Shown here piece after piece: positions 1 through 8,975 of a DNA stretch of 32,000 nt; within the stretch, counting starts at the first letter, position 1; each line of letters opens with the position of its first letter. This DNA is from Nitratidesulfovibrio vulgaris str. Hildenborough (GTDB lineage Bacteria; Desulfobacterota; Desulfovibrionia; Desulfovibrionales; Desulfovibrionaceae), in contig NC_002937.3 of NCBI RefSeq assembly GCF_000195755.1, positions 870,001 through 902,000 of the forward strand. Reading direction: 5' to 3'. A model generated the notes under the pieces. That model had not been told where the DNA came from. It searched no databases and was given only the letters and a program-made list of their open reading frames with translations. The position numbers and the translations under genes are program-made.

Positions 1-208
1 GTGCCTGTGCGAGGATTGCCTCATAGTTCTTGATCTTGGCCTCGGCCTGGCCGGAAAACTGCTCGGACTCTCCGAGCAGCCCCGCCATCTTGTCCTGCCG
101 CTGCTTGATGATCTCCCGAACCGGACGGATCAGGAGAGCGTTGAGCACGACCAGCGTGACAAGAAAGTTCACCAGCTGGAATAGCATTGTGATGTTTAAA
201 TCGATCAT
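1..208 (-). CDS. atpF: ATP synthase F0 subunit b/b' (N-terminal 69 codons only; gene continues past the left edge)
   Basis: This ORF is not in the supplied track because it has no in-window stop, so I translated it by hand from the ATG at complement(206..208). The product is MIDLNITMLFQLVNFLVTLVVLNALLIRPVREIIKQRQDKMAGLLGESEQFSGQAEAKIKNYEAILAQA. It shows one N-terminal TM helix followed by a charged coiled-coil start, which is typical of F0 b subunits. A GGGAG Shine-Dalgarno (SD) sequence lies 5 nt upstream. Confidence 0.7.
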   Translation of the reverse strand, partial: MIDLNITMLFQLVNFLVTLVVLNALLIRPVREIIKQRQDKMAGLLGESEQFSGQAEAKIKNYEAILAQA

Positions 209-255
209 GCCTGCTCCCTAGGTGAGGTTGTGAATTAAAGCTCAAAGTCGGATTG

Positions 256-284
256 GCTTTAGCTGTTTTCAACCCTTGTGTCAA
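256..284 (-). promoter_or_regulatory. Candidate sigma-70 promoter for the atpF operon
   Basis: On the minus strand there is a perfect -35 TTGACA (279..284), a 17-nt spacer and TAAAGC (256..261). An A-rich tract precedes it (agaaaaaagctt). The -10 is weak, and this is sequence inspection only. Confidence 0.3.
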
Positions 285-534
285 AAGCTTTTTTCTTTGC
301 ATTCGCTTCTTTGCGACCATTTTCAAGGCGCAAGTGTGCGGTATGGTGATGTAAAATCACACAAGTCCCGCGAGGCACCCAAAAAGACGTCTTTGCCTGT
401 TCGTACTTTATTGCAGCTATCCGATCTCACTGATGTTATTGTTTGAGAGAACACTCAATTCTGGGCCGCTTGCATCAGTCCGCGCTCGAAATGCCATTTC
501 GGAACGCCTTCATTCCATAGCCGGGGTGCAGATG

Positions 535-561
535 AAAAAAAAGCCCGTCTAACCGACGGGC
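535..561 (-). terminator. Rho-independent terminator (minus strand)
   Basis: The minus strand reads GCCCGTC-ggtta-GACGGGC followed by eight T (A8 at 535..542 on the plus strand). It lies about 424 nt downstream of the bactofilin stop codon. Confidence 0.7.
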
Positions 562-984
562 GTGACGAATGCGAATGTGCTTGTTTTCGGGCTTCGCCGG
601 GTGGGCTCGCGTGTCGCTGCCCGGCGTGATGCTGCCGTATCCCAAGGGGACGTGCCCTTTGCCGTACCTGCCGGATTCTCTGAAAGGCCTCGGTGATAAG
701 AGGGGAATCCCGTAAAATCCTTAGGGCGTATGCCGCAAAGCGTGTCTTGCCATTGACACGCCACGCAGGGAGGATGGGGCAAACGCGACCATGACTGCGC
801 CTGCATACGCTCATACCCTGATGAGTGGGGTTAAAAGGGCCTACAGCGGGTTTCCGTGGTCATATGCGAGAGTGTGTGCGAAGCGGGGGCTTCGCGTCTC
901 CTGAGGCCTTCTGGGGCTGTTCGCGGCCTTGCTGCCAAAGAGCGCCATGCCGGGACAGGTGGTTCTTTCTGGCTATAGTCGAGC

Positions 985-1332
985 TTACTGTGCGGTGGCG
1001 GTGCTGTCTGCACCCATGTGCACTTCGCCCTCGATGCGGGCACCGTCTTCCATGATGAGCGCAGGTGTGCGGATGGTGCCGTTGATGATGCCGGTCTTGT
1101 GGATGACGATCTTACGTGTCGCTGTCACCTCTCCGTTGACGGTACCGCTGAGCACGAGTTGGCCCACATTGAGCGTGCCGTCGATGATGGCGTCGGTGCC
1201 GACGATGAGTGTGCCGTCGGACGTGATCTCGCCGGTGAATGTACCGTCGATGCGCACTGCACCCTGAAAGTTGAGCTGTCCTTGGTAGCGGGTTCCCGAA
1301 CCGAGGAAGGCGTTGATTTCATCTTTGCTCAT
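985..1332 (-). CDS. Bactofilin (DUF583 polymer-forming cytoskeletal protein), 115 aa
   Basis: I used the internal start MSKDEINAFLGSGTRYQGQLNFQGAVRIDGTFTGEITSDGTLIVG... of track ORF 985..1554. An AGGAG SD lies about 6 nt upstream of the ATG at 1332. The repetitive G-x-[IV]-x-G beta-helix pattern is typical of bactofilins. The upstream extension in the track is Ser/Arg-rich junk that overlaps rodA. Confidence 0.88.
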   Translation of the reverse strand: MSKDEINAFLGSGTRYQGQLNFQGAVRIDGTFTGEITSDGTLIVGTDAIIDGTLNVGQLVLSGTVNGEVTATRKIVIHKTGIINGTIRTPALIMEDGARIEGEVHMGADSTATAQ

Positions 1333-1369
1333 CACTGGCTCCTGATGTGTGTTTGCAGCGGCAGAACGG

Positions 1370-2485
1370 CTAGTTGGTCTTGAAGACGAAGCGTCGCATG
1401 GAGACGTTGAGAACGAGTCCGATGAGGGAGAAATTGACCAGTGTGGCACTGCCCCCATAACTGATGAAGGGTAGCGGGATGCCCACGACCGGCATGATGC
1501 CGACGACCATTCCCGTGTTGATGAGAATCTGCCAGAAGAAGTAGAAGAATACACCTGCTGCCAGCGTGCTGCCGAACCTGTCCTTGGCGTCGCGCGCGGT
1601 GTTGAAGATGCTCAGCAGGAAAAGGCTGAACAGGGCAAGCAGGGCGACGCAGCCGACAAATCCCCACTCCTCCCCGAAGACGGCGACGGCGAAGTCGGTA
1701 TGCTTTTCCGGCAGGAAGCGCAGCTGGCTCTGTGTGCCCCCCAGAAAGCCTTTCCCCCATAACTCACCGGAACCGATGGCAATCTGTGACTGGATGATGT
1801 GGTATCCCGCGCCAAGGGGGTCGTTCTGCGGATCGAGGAACGTGAGAATACGCTGCTTCTGGTAGTCGTGCAGGCAGAACCAGCCTAGCGGGAGAAGGGG
1901 AGGGACCACGGCAAGGCAGACCTTGAGCACGCGCCACTGGATGCCGTGGTAGAGGATCATGCCGCCGAGAAGCAGCAGGAGATTCAGGGTCGTGCCGAGG
2001 TCGGGCTGGATGACGATGAAGGCGGCAGGCACCAGTCCCACGCCCAGCACCTTGAAGAGCTCGGTCCAGTTGAGGGAGTTCTTGTCGCCCGAAAGGAGAC
2101 GCGCTCCGAGGATGAGGATGCTGATTTTCGCGATTTCGCTTGGTTGCAGGTTGAACAGGCCGAATGACAACCAGCGCCGCGCCCCGTAGATGACCTTGCC
2201 GAAGGGCGGAACACATGCCAGCAGGAGGACCGTCAGGATGAAGATGGGCCATGCAAGGCTTTTGAGATGCCTGTAATCGAAAAGCATGAAGGTGATCATG
2301 CCGCCTAGGCCGATGAGTCCCCACACCAGCTGCTTCTGGTAGAACGACGAGACTTCGATGCCGTCTTCGATGCGGACGCCGCTGGCAGAGTACAGGTTGG
2401 CCGCCCCGACGCAGAACAGGATGAAAGTGAAGGCCAGAAGCCCCCAGTTCATATGCGTGATGAGCCGTCTGTCGATGGGTGTCAT
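1370..2485 (-). CDS. rodA: SEDS-family peptidoglycan polymerase RodA, 371 aa
   Basis: The start is trimmed to MTPIDRRLITHMNWGLLAF... at ATG 2485, which overlaps the mrdA stop (ATGA). The protein is multi-TM and carries the conserved FtsW/RodA block GSGELWGKGFLGGTQSQLRFLPEKHTDFAVAVFGEEWGF. Confidence 0.93.
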   Translation of the reverse strand: MTPIDRRLITHMNWGLLAFTFILFCVGAANLYSASGVRIEDGIEVSSFYQKQLVWGLIGLGGMITFMLFDYRHLKSLAWPIFILTVLLLACVPPFGKVIYGARRWLSFGLFNLQPSEIAKISILILGARLLSGDKNSLNWTELFKVLGVGLVPAAFIVIQPDLGTTLNLLLLLGGMILYHGIQWRVLKVCLAVVPPLLPLGWFCLHDYQKQRILTFLDPQNDPLGAGYHIIQSQIAIGSGELWGKGFLGGTQSQLRFLPEKHTDFAVAVFGEEWGFVGCVALLALFSLFLLSIFNTARDAKDRFGSTLAAGVFFYFFWQILINTGMVVGIMPVVGIPLPFISYGGSATLVNFSLIGLVLNVSMRRFVFKTN

Positions 2486-4269
2486 GGTCTGTACTCCCCG
2501 AAAAGCTTGTCGTACACACGCTTCACGACAGGTCCGGCAGCCGAGCCGCCATGCCCTCCATGTTCGAGCATGCATACCACCACGTAGCGCTTGCCATCCT
2601 TCTCGCCCCAAGAGGCCATCCATGCGTGGTCGCGGTGCTCGTAGGCCATCTGTTCGACCTTGAGCCGCTCCTCACCGACAATCCTGACGACCTGCGCCGT
2701 GCCCGTCTTGCCGCCGAGTACCGCATCGGGGCGTCGAAGCACCTTGGCGGTTCCTGCGTCCGTGGCGACAGTCAGGCGCATGGCTTCCATGACAAGTTTG
2801 CGACCTTGCGTGGTCATGGGGGTCGTGCCCTTGACGATCGTCGGCTCGTCGAGAAGCAGGCTCGGTTTCAGCAGTTTGCCGCCGTTCATCAGGGATGAGA
2901 CGAAAACCGCCACCTGAACCGGAGTGACCAGCGTGAACCCCTGTCCTATCGAGACGTTCAGGGTTTCCCCACGGTGCCAGGGTTCACCGAACCGTCTGCG
3001 CTTCCACGACTTGGAGGGGACTAGCCCCGATTTCTCATGTGGCAGGTCGATGCCTGTGGGAGCCCCGAATCCGCAGGCCTTGGCGAACTGTTCGAGCTTG
3101 TCGATGCCGAGTCGCTCGGCCATCTGGTAGTAGTAGACGTCGCATGATTCGATGAGCGAACGCATCATGTCCACCGACCCGTGCCCGCCCTTTTTCCAGC
3201 ACCGGAATGTCTGGCGGCCCAGTTGCACGGCCCCGTTGCAGTAGACGGTCTCGGAGGGGGAGATGCCTTCGTTGAGGATCATTCCTGTCATCATCAGCTT
3301 CCAGACCGACCCCGGAGGGTAGACACTCTGTATGATCCGGTTCTGCAACGGGTGGCGCGGGTTGTCGCGGAGGGCTACCCAGTCCTTCTGGCTGAGGCCT
3401 GCGGCGAAGGCGTTGTTGTCGAACGAGGGGGACGTGACGAGCGCCAGCAGCTTTCCGGAGTCGGGGTCCATGACCACCAGCCCCCCGGCCTGGCCTTCGA
3501 AGGCGTCCCAGGCTGCCTGTTGTATTCCAGCGTCAAGGCTCAGCTCGATGTTCTCGCCGCTCTCAGGTTGCTCGACGAGCTTGCGGTTGAGGTTGCGCCC
3601 GAGGACGTCGACCTCGATCTGGTATTGCCCCTTGTGACCGCGCAGGCGTTGTTCGAGTACGAGCTCAAGACCCTGTTTGCCGACGAAGTCGCCGAGACTG
3701 AGCCCTTTGTCGTTCTCAAGCTCCTGTTCGTTCGCTTCTGCCACGTACCCGAGGATGTGCGCGAAGAGAGGTCCTTGCGGGTAGTTGCGTTTCGAGCGGG
3801 TGATGATCTCCAGCCCCGGCCAGTGGATGATCTCCGATTCGATACGGGCAAGCAGGTCGAAGGGCATGTCGGAGATGAGCAATAGCGGTTCGAAGGGCTT
3901 CACGCGCTGTCTGTCCTGATTGAACTTGGCGGTGAGCTTCTCGACCGGGGTGGCTGTCCATTGCGACACCTGCGCGAGTGTCGCCGGAATGTCGCGGCAG
4001 TCCTCACGGATGAGTGCAAGCCCGAAAGCGGGCCTGTTCTCGGCAAGCAGCGCACCTTGCCGGTCACGGATAAGCCCGCGTGAGGCGTAGATGCGTTCCT
4101 GTCTGAGGCGGTTGTCCTGCGCTAGACGGGCGTACTCCTCCCCACGGTGAATCTGCAGGTACCAGAAGCGCACCACGAACAGGAAGAAGAGAAACCCCAC
4201 AAGGCCCTGCAACAGAAGCAGGCCGGAACGGGGCGGCTGGAAACCTTCCGGGTCAAAGTGGATGTGCAT
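2482..4269 (-). CDS. mrdA: Penicillin-binding protein 2 (elongasome transpeptidase), 595 aa
   Basis: There is an N-terminal TM anchor, an SxxK motif (SVWK) and a KTG motif (GGKTGTAQV). The gene sits between mreD and rodA. Confidence 0.93.
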   Translation of the reverse strand: MHIHFDPEGFQPPRSGLLLLQGLVGFLFFLFVVRFWYLQIHRGEEYARLAQDNRLRQERIYASRGLIRDRQGALLAENRPAFGLALIREDCRDIPATLAQVSQWTATPVEKLTAKFNQDRQRVKPFEPLLLISDMPFDLLARIESEIIHWPGLEIITRSKRNYPQGPLFAHILGYVAEANEQELENDKGLSLGDFVGKQGLELVLEQRLRGHKGQYQIEVDVLGRNLNRKLVEQPESGENIELSLDAGIQQAAWDAFEGQAGGLVVMDPDSGKLLALVTSPSFDNNAFAAGLSQKDWVALRDNPRHPLQNRIIQSVYPPGSVWKLMMTGMILNEGISPSETVYCNGAVQLGRQTFRCWKKGGHGSVDMMRSLIESCDVYYYQMAERLGIDKLEQFAKACGFGAPTGIDLPHEKSGLVPSKSWKRRRFGEPWHRGETLNVSIGQGFTLVTPVQVAVFVSSLMNGGKLLKPSLLLDEPTIVKGTTPMTTQGRKLVMEAMRLTVATDAGTAKVLRRPDAVLGGKTGTAQVVRIVGEERLKVEQMAYEHRDHAWMASWGEKDGKRYVVVCMLEHGGHGGSAAGPVVKRVYDKLFGEYRP

Positions 4270-4723
4270 CGGGGACGAACCTTCGGCGCAGTTCGAGGGC
4301 TGCGCGCCATGTGGGGGGAATGAAGAGCGCCTGAAGGATGCTTTCGTCCATGAGCTGCCGCAACGGGAGTTCCAGGTTCTGCAACGATGCCATCATGTCG
4401 CTGATGAGGTAGTGCACCAGTCCCAGACAGGCGCTGAGCAGAAAGACGAATACGAAGTTCTCGACTTCGAAGAGCCAGCGCCCCATGTAGAAGAGGGCGA
4501 TGGTCGCCCCGTACCAGAGCAGGGTCGACCCGAACGCCAGCGTTCCCATGCCCTCCTGAAGGAGGATGATGGTGGGCAGAAGCCATAGCAGACGGGTGAG
4601 TCGTCCTTCCTGTAGTGCGATGATGAGCCCGATGACAAGCGCATCGATACCCGGCAGTAGCAACTGCATCCAGATGCCCACCACGAGAAAGGTCATCCAC
4701 CATAACGCGTCGCGTGGCGACAT
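4253..4723 (-). CDS. mreD: Rod shape-determining protein MreD, 156 aa
   Basis: The product is a small polytopic membrane protein encoded directly after mreC. It overlaps the mrdA start by 17 nt. The position and hydrophobic profile fit MreD. Confidence 0.82.
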   Translation of the reverse strand: MSPRDALWWMTFLVVGIWMQLLLPGIDALVIGLIIALQEGRLTRLLWLLPTIILLQEGMGTLAFGSTLLWYGATIALFYMGRWLFEVENFVFVFLLSACLGLVHYLISDMMASLQNLELPLRQLMDESILQALFIPPTWRAALELRRRFVPDAHPL

Positions 4724-4729
4724 GGCGGC

Positions 4730-5644
4730 CTACCGGGGTTTGCGCGCCTGTGTGGCGGGCGCGGGCTGCGTTTGGGGCTGTGCCGTGCCGTTGGAGGCGT
4801 GCACGGGAGCCTGCTGCAGGGCGTATCGTGCAGGAGGCCGCTGCATGAGCAGGACCTCTTCAAGGGATTCGAAGTCGACGAGGGGGGCTGCGAGAACCCC
4901 CTGGAACATGGAGAGGTCGGGAGGCGTGACGGTGATGACCCGGGCTACAGGCAGACCCTTGGGAAAGGCCCCGTCGAGTCCCGAGGTCACGAGGATTTCG
5001 CCTTCATCAAGTTTGGCGTTGACGGCGACATAGCGCACCTCGAGCGGATTGCCTGGGCCACCGCCCACGAGCACTCCCTGCGTGCGGTTGTCGTGGCTGA
5101 TGACGGAGACGCGGCTGCCGGAATCCACAAGAAGGAGCACAGAGGCTGTATGTGGCCCGGAACGCAACACGCGTCCGACAACACCGAGATGCGTGGCGAC
5201 GGGAGTACCGGGGGCCGCTCCCGTGAAGTAGCCGTGGTCGATGGTGATGGTGTCGAGAACCCCTTGCGGCCCCAGACGCGAGGCCAGTACCCGGGCTCCC
5301 ACGGCCTGCCAGTCGTCGGGGGGGGCGAGGGTCAGCAGTTGGCGCAGGCGTGAAAGTTCCGCCCGGTCTTCGGCGTATTGCGCCAGTTGTCTGCTGGTGA
5401 CTTCCAGTTGCGCCTTGAGACGGTCGTGGTCTTCACGCACTCCGACGAGGTTGATGTAATGATCCCAGAAGGTGACGACACGGTCGTGCGCCCAGAGGGC
5501 AGGACGCAGCACGGCACCCACGACCTCGAGGCCGGTGTTGTCGGCCAGGCGGTCGAGGGTGCCCGTGCGCTGGTTCCACGAATAGAGGCCGAGGTACAGA
5601 AAAAGGATCGGTACCAGCAGCAGGATGACGCGCTTGGGAGTCAC
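4730..5644 (-). CDS. mreC: Rod shape-determining protein MreC, 304 aa
   Basis: The GTG start lies 1 nt after the mreB TAA stop. The protein has an N-terminal TM helix, a coiled-coil segment (DRLKAQLEVTSRQLAQYAEDRAELSRLRQLL) and a beta-rich C-terminal domain. Confidence 0.9.
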   Translation of the reverse strand: MTPKRVILLLVPILFLYLGLYSWNQRTGTLDRLADNTGLEVVGAVLRPALWAHDRVVTFWDHYINLVGVREDHDRLKAQLEVTSRQLAQYAEDRAELSRLRQLLTLAPPDDWQAVGARVLASRLGPQGVLDTITIDHGYFTGAAPGTPVATHLGVVGRVLRSGPHTASVLLLVDSGSRVSVISHDNRTQGVLVGGGPGNPLEVRYVAVNAKLDEGEILVTSGLDGAFPKGLPVARVITVTPPDLSMFQGVLAAPLVDFESLEEVLLMQRPPARYALQQAPVHASNGTAQPQTQPAPATQARKPR

Positions 5645-5645
5645 G

Positions 5646-6692
<1,047 letters not shown>

Positions 6693-6760
6693 TCACTTGC
6701 CTCTCTGGGGGGGAATGCGTATGAGGTTCGAGAACAGGGTGTTCTTCTAAAAAAAGCACC

Positions 6761-7816
6761 ATGTCAATCGAAAATAAAATGAACAGATATAATACGTTGT
6801 CAGCGTATTTCAGGCGGCGCTTCGGCGTCAGGGTGCAAAAGGTTCCGCTCGACGCGGGAGCATCGTGCCCCAACCGGGACGGCACACTCTCGCGTGGCGG
6901 ATGTGTGTTCTGCAATCCTGCCGGATCCGGGTCCGGCATGGGTGGGGCCGGTCTGTCGCTTGAGGAACAGTGGGCGCTCTGGCGTGCCAGATATGCCCGT
7001 TCGCGCAACGCAGCCCTGTACATAGCCTATTTGCAGTCGTTTTCCAATACATACGGTTCCGCCGAACGACTTCGCGAAATGCTGCTGCAACTCCGAAGGC
7101 TTGAGGGCATTTCTGGCATCTCTGTGGGCACGCGTCCCGATTGTCTGGATGGCCCGAAGCTCGACCTGCTCGCCGACGCCGGGTTCGACGAGACATGGCT
7201 CGAACTTGGGGTGCAGTCAGCCCATGACGATACATTGCGACGCATCAACAGGGGGCATGACGCCGCCTGTTCTGCCGCTGCCATCCATGGGGCCGCTGCC
7301 CGTGGGCTGCGCGTGTGCGCCCATGTCATCTTCGGGCTTCCCGGCGAATGTGCCGAGGCCATGCTGGACACTGTCCGCTGGCTCAACGGTCTGCCTGTCC
7401 TCGGGGTCAAGTTCCATGCACTGTATGTATGCAGAGGTACGACACTGGCTGCGCAGTGGCGTGGGGGACTGTACGACCCCATGTCGCAGTCGGCCTATGT
7501 AGACCTGATGGTGGAGGCACTGGCGCTACTGCGTTCGGACATCGTCGTGCATCGTGTGGTGGGCGAACCTTCGGGCGATGAGCTTCTGGCCCCGGAGTGG
7601 GCTGCGGACAAGCGCGCCACGATGGCCCTCGTGCAGCAGGCCCTTGCCACCCAGGGACTGTGGCAAGGGTGCAGGACGGATGCCCCCGTGCGTCCTCTGT
7701 GGTATGATAACCCTGCCGAGTTGACGGGGCGGGCCGACGCCGATGCGGCAGCCTACGCGGCCCTGTGTGAGCGGCAGCCTCTCTATCGTCCTGCCTCGAA
7801 CACCTCGGCCCCCTGA
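6761..7816 (+). CDS. Radical SAM protein, TIGR01212 (YhcC-like) family, 351 aa
   Basis: The N-terminus FGVRVQKVPLDAGASCPNRDGTLSRGGCVFCN matches the characteristic TIGR01212 Cys motif. The start is uncertain: ATG 6761 or the ATG seven codons downstream, and neither has a clear SD. Confidence 0.85.
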   Translation: MSIENKMNRYNTLSAYFRRRFGVRVQKVPLDAGASCPNRDGTLSRGGCVFCNPAGSGSGMGGAGLSLEEQWALWRARYARSRNAALYIAYLQSFSNTYGSAERLREMLLQLRRLEGISGISVGTRPDCLDGPKLDLLADAGFDETWLELGVQSAHDDTLRRINRGHDAACSAAAIHGAAARGLRVCAHVIFGLPGECAEAMLDTVRWLNGLPVLGVKFHALYVCRGTTLAAQWRGGLYDPMSQSAYVDLMVEALALLRSDIVVHRVVGEPSGDELLAPEWAADKRATMALVQQALATQGLWQGCRTDAPVRPLWYDNPAELTGRADADAAAYAALCERQPLYRPASNTSAP

Positions 7817-7890
7817 CGGAAGTGCCCGGTCGCGTGGACGTTGCCTGTCTTCAAAGCCACGAACGAATCGGCTTGTACAAGGAGTCATGT

Positions 7891-8376
7891 ATGGTGGATG
7901 TGCTGGTGGCCGCACCCTTGCGGCTTGAGCTTCACTGGGAGCAAGGCGTTCTCGCTGAAACGGTTCTCGGTTGGGCGGGCGAGGGTGAGAAACCCGTGTT
8001 GCTGACCGAAGAGGCGCGTTCGGTGCAGGCTTGTCTCGTGCGCTATGTGGCTGGCGAGGATGTGGAATGGCCTTCACTGCCTCTGGCGTGGGACCGTGTC
8101 ACACCATTCCGGCGCAGGGTGTTGCAGGCGCTCGTGGCGGATGTCCCTGCTGGCGCGGTGACGACCTACGGCGACCTTGCGGCACGTGCGGGCAGTCCCG
8201 ATGCCGCCCGGGCCGTGGGCGGGGCCATGGCCAACAACCCGTGGCCGCTGCTCATACCCTGCCACAGGGTGCTCGGGGGAGGCGGTCGGCTTGGCGGGTT
8301 CTCCGGCGCGGGATTGCCCATGAAGCGGTGGCTGCTGGACCATGAAGGCTGCGCCGACAAGGGGGCACGGTGCTGA
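7891..8376 (+). CDS. ogt: Methylated-DNA--protein-cysteine methyltransferase (Ogt/MGMT), 161 aa
   Basis: The active-site motif IPCHRV is present, along with the TTYGDLAARAG helix-turn-helix block. I moved the start to ATG 7891, which is preceded by AAGGAG (7879..7884). Confidence 0.85.
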   Translation: MVDVLVAAPLRLELHWEQGVLAETVLGWAGEGEKPVLLTEEARSVQACLVRYVAGEDVEWPSLPLAWDRVTPFRRRVLQALVADVPAGAVTTYGDLAARAGSPDAARAVGGAMANNPWPLLIPCHRVLGGGGRLGGFSGAGLPMKRWLLDHEGCADKGARC

Positions 8377-8702
8377 ACCGGGCTTCGCTCGAAGGCGATG
8401 TGGAGGCGCGCCTGCGTCGCCTTCCTATCGGGCATTGCCTTGACCTGCGTACATTCAAGCGCAACCGGTCGGTCTGCTTCCATCGTACTGGCGCTGACGC
8501 CTATGGCGTGGTCGAGAAGGGATTCCATGAAGAGTCGTGGGAGGGCCTTTCGCTGGATGAGGCCTTGCGGCTGCTACGAACCCTGCTGCGGCGCGAATTC
8601 CCCAGAAGTACGAAGGTGCGCTGCTATACGTTGTCCTCTCCTGATGCCGCCGACGTCAATCGCATGGGGCACGGTGCGGGCAGGTTCGGGATTGCGCGAT
8701 AG
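8370..8702 (+). CDS. Hypothetical protein, 110 aa (no family recognised)
   Basis: The GTG start overlaps the ogt stop (GTGCTGA). Third positions are G/C-biased, the amino-acid composition looks protein-like, and a strong hairpin follows at 8769..8806. I recognise no motif. Confidence 0.5.
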   Translation: MLNRASLEGDVEARLRRLPIGHCLDLRTFKRNRSVCFHRTGADAYGVVEKGFHEESWEGLSLDEALRLLRTLLRREFPRSTKVRCYTLSSPDAADVNRMGHGAGRFGIAR

Positions 8703-8768
8703 GGAGGCGGGCGCAGAGTGGCCCTGGGGAGTGACCGCCGCCGTGCACTGAACGACTCTCCATCCAGA

Positions 8769-8806
8769 CAGAGAGGCCGACGCTCCCGATAGCGTCGGCC
8801 TCTCTG
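8769..8806. terminator. Perfect 16-bp stem hairpin, probably the end of the plus-strand operon
   Basis: The sequence is CAGAGAGGCCGACGCT-cccgat-AGCGTCGGCCTCTCTG. It has no U-tract on either strand and sits between convergent transcription units. Confidence 0.5.
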
Positions 8807-8830
8807 ACTTGGAGGATGCGTAATACGCAA

Positions 8831-8860
8831 TGAAGGCACAAGATCGCTCTTGTGCCTTCA
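8831..8860. terminator. 13-bp stem hairpin downstream of tRNA-Ser
   Basis: The sequence is TGAAGGCACAAGA-tcgc-TCTTGTGCCTTCA. On the minus strand it is followed by a T-containing tail (TTGCGTATT). Confidence 0.45.
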
Positions 8861-8975
8861 GGGAGCCGGACACCCGGCAACAACTGTTACCGTTGCTTCC
8901 TTTCGGACCTGGCGGGGTTGGCAGCGTTACCGCCGCCCGGCTCCCGCGCGCTGCATTCCTGCGGCGGGGATAATC

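Noticed and set aside
21-326. Track ORF 21..326 (101 aa, minus strand).
   Set aside because: It is out of frame with, and overlaps, the clearly recognisable atpF N-terminus (start at 208). Its translation is basic and low-complexity.
346-360. Palindrome GTGAT-gtaaa-ATCAC upstream of atpF, considered as a CRP/FNR-type site.
   Set aside because: It has 5-bp arms with the wrong spacing for TGTGA-N6-TCACA. There is too little information to call it a binding site.
690-790. Plus-strand motifs reminiscent of a cobalamin riboswitch: GATAAGAGGGGAATCCCGTAAAATCC, then GCCATTG, then AGGGAGG. There is also an ACCTGCCGG box at about 665..673.
   Set aside because: Each motif deviates from the consensus. 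GGTG is replaced by CCGT, GCCACTG by GCCATTG, and no CCCGC-ACTGT element is present. The B12-box-like ACCTGCC lies 5' of the core instead of 3' of it. No plus-strand gene lies downstream to be regulated. This is probably chance in GC-rich DNA, and only a covariance-model scan could rescue it.
455-814. Track ORFs 455..814 (119 aa) and 549..806 (85 aa) on the minus strand.
   Set aside because: They are Arg/Pro/Ser/Thr-rich with low-complexity composition. They use many rare codons, show weak G/C third-position bias and have no convincing SD. The longer one reads through the intrinsic terminator, and the shorter one stops inside its loop.
562-984. I tested the orphan non-coding tract for RNase P RNA, tmRNA, SRP RNA and 6S RNA.
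   Set aside because: Neither strand has a GAGGAAAGTCC or ACAGAAxCCGGCTTA core (RNase P), a tRNA-like 3' end with a tag ORF (tmRNA), or GGAAGCAGCC-type domain IV (SRP). I also see no long end-to-end closing helix as in 6S RNA.
1370-2623. Over-long N-termini in the track for rodA (to 2623), the bactofilin gene (to 1554), purC (to 11671), porin 1 (to 14186), mnmA (to 23720), dnaK (to 29410), grpE (to 30153), hrcA (to 31501) and ogt (from 7822).
   Set aside because: In each case an internal start has a good Shine-Dalgarno sequence and begins the conserved family N-terminus. The extension is Arg/Pro-rich and overlaps the upstream gene or spacer.
8861-8945. An 85-nt element with a 7 to 9-bp closing helix, considered as a second tRNA or tRNA-Sec gene.
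   Set aside because: It has no GG-containing D-loop, no TTCGAAT-type T-loop, no 7-nt anticodon loop and no TCA anticodon context. I kept it only as an unexplained structured element (see findings).
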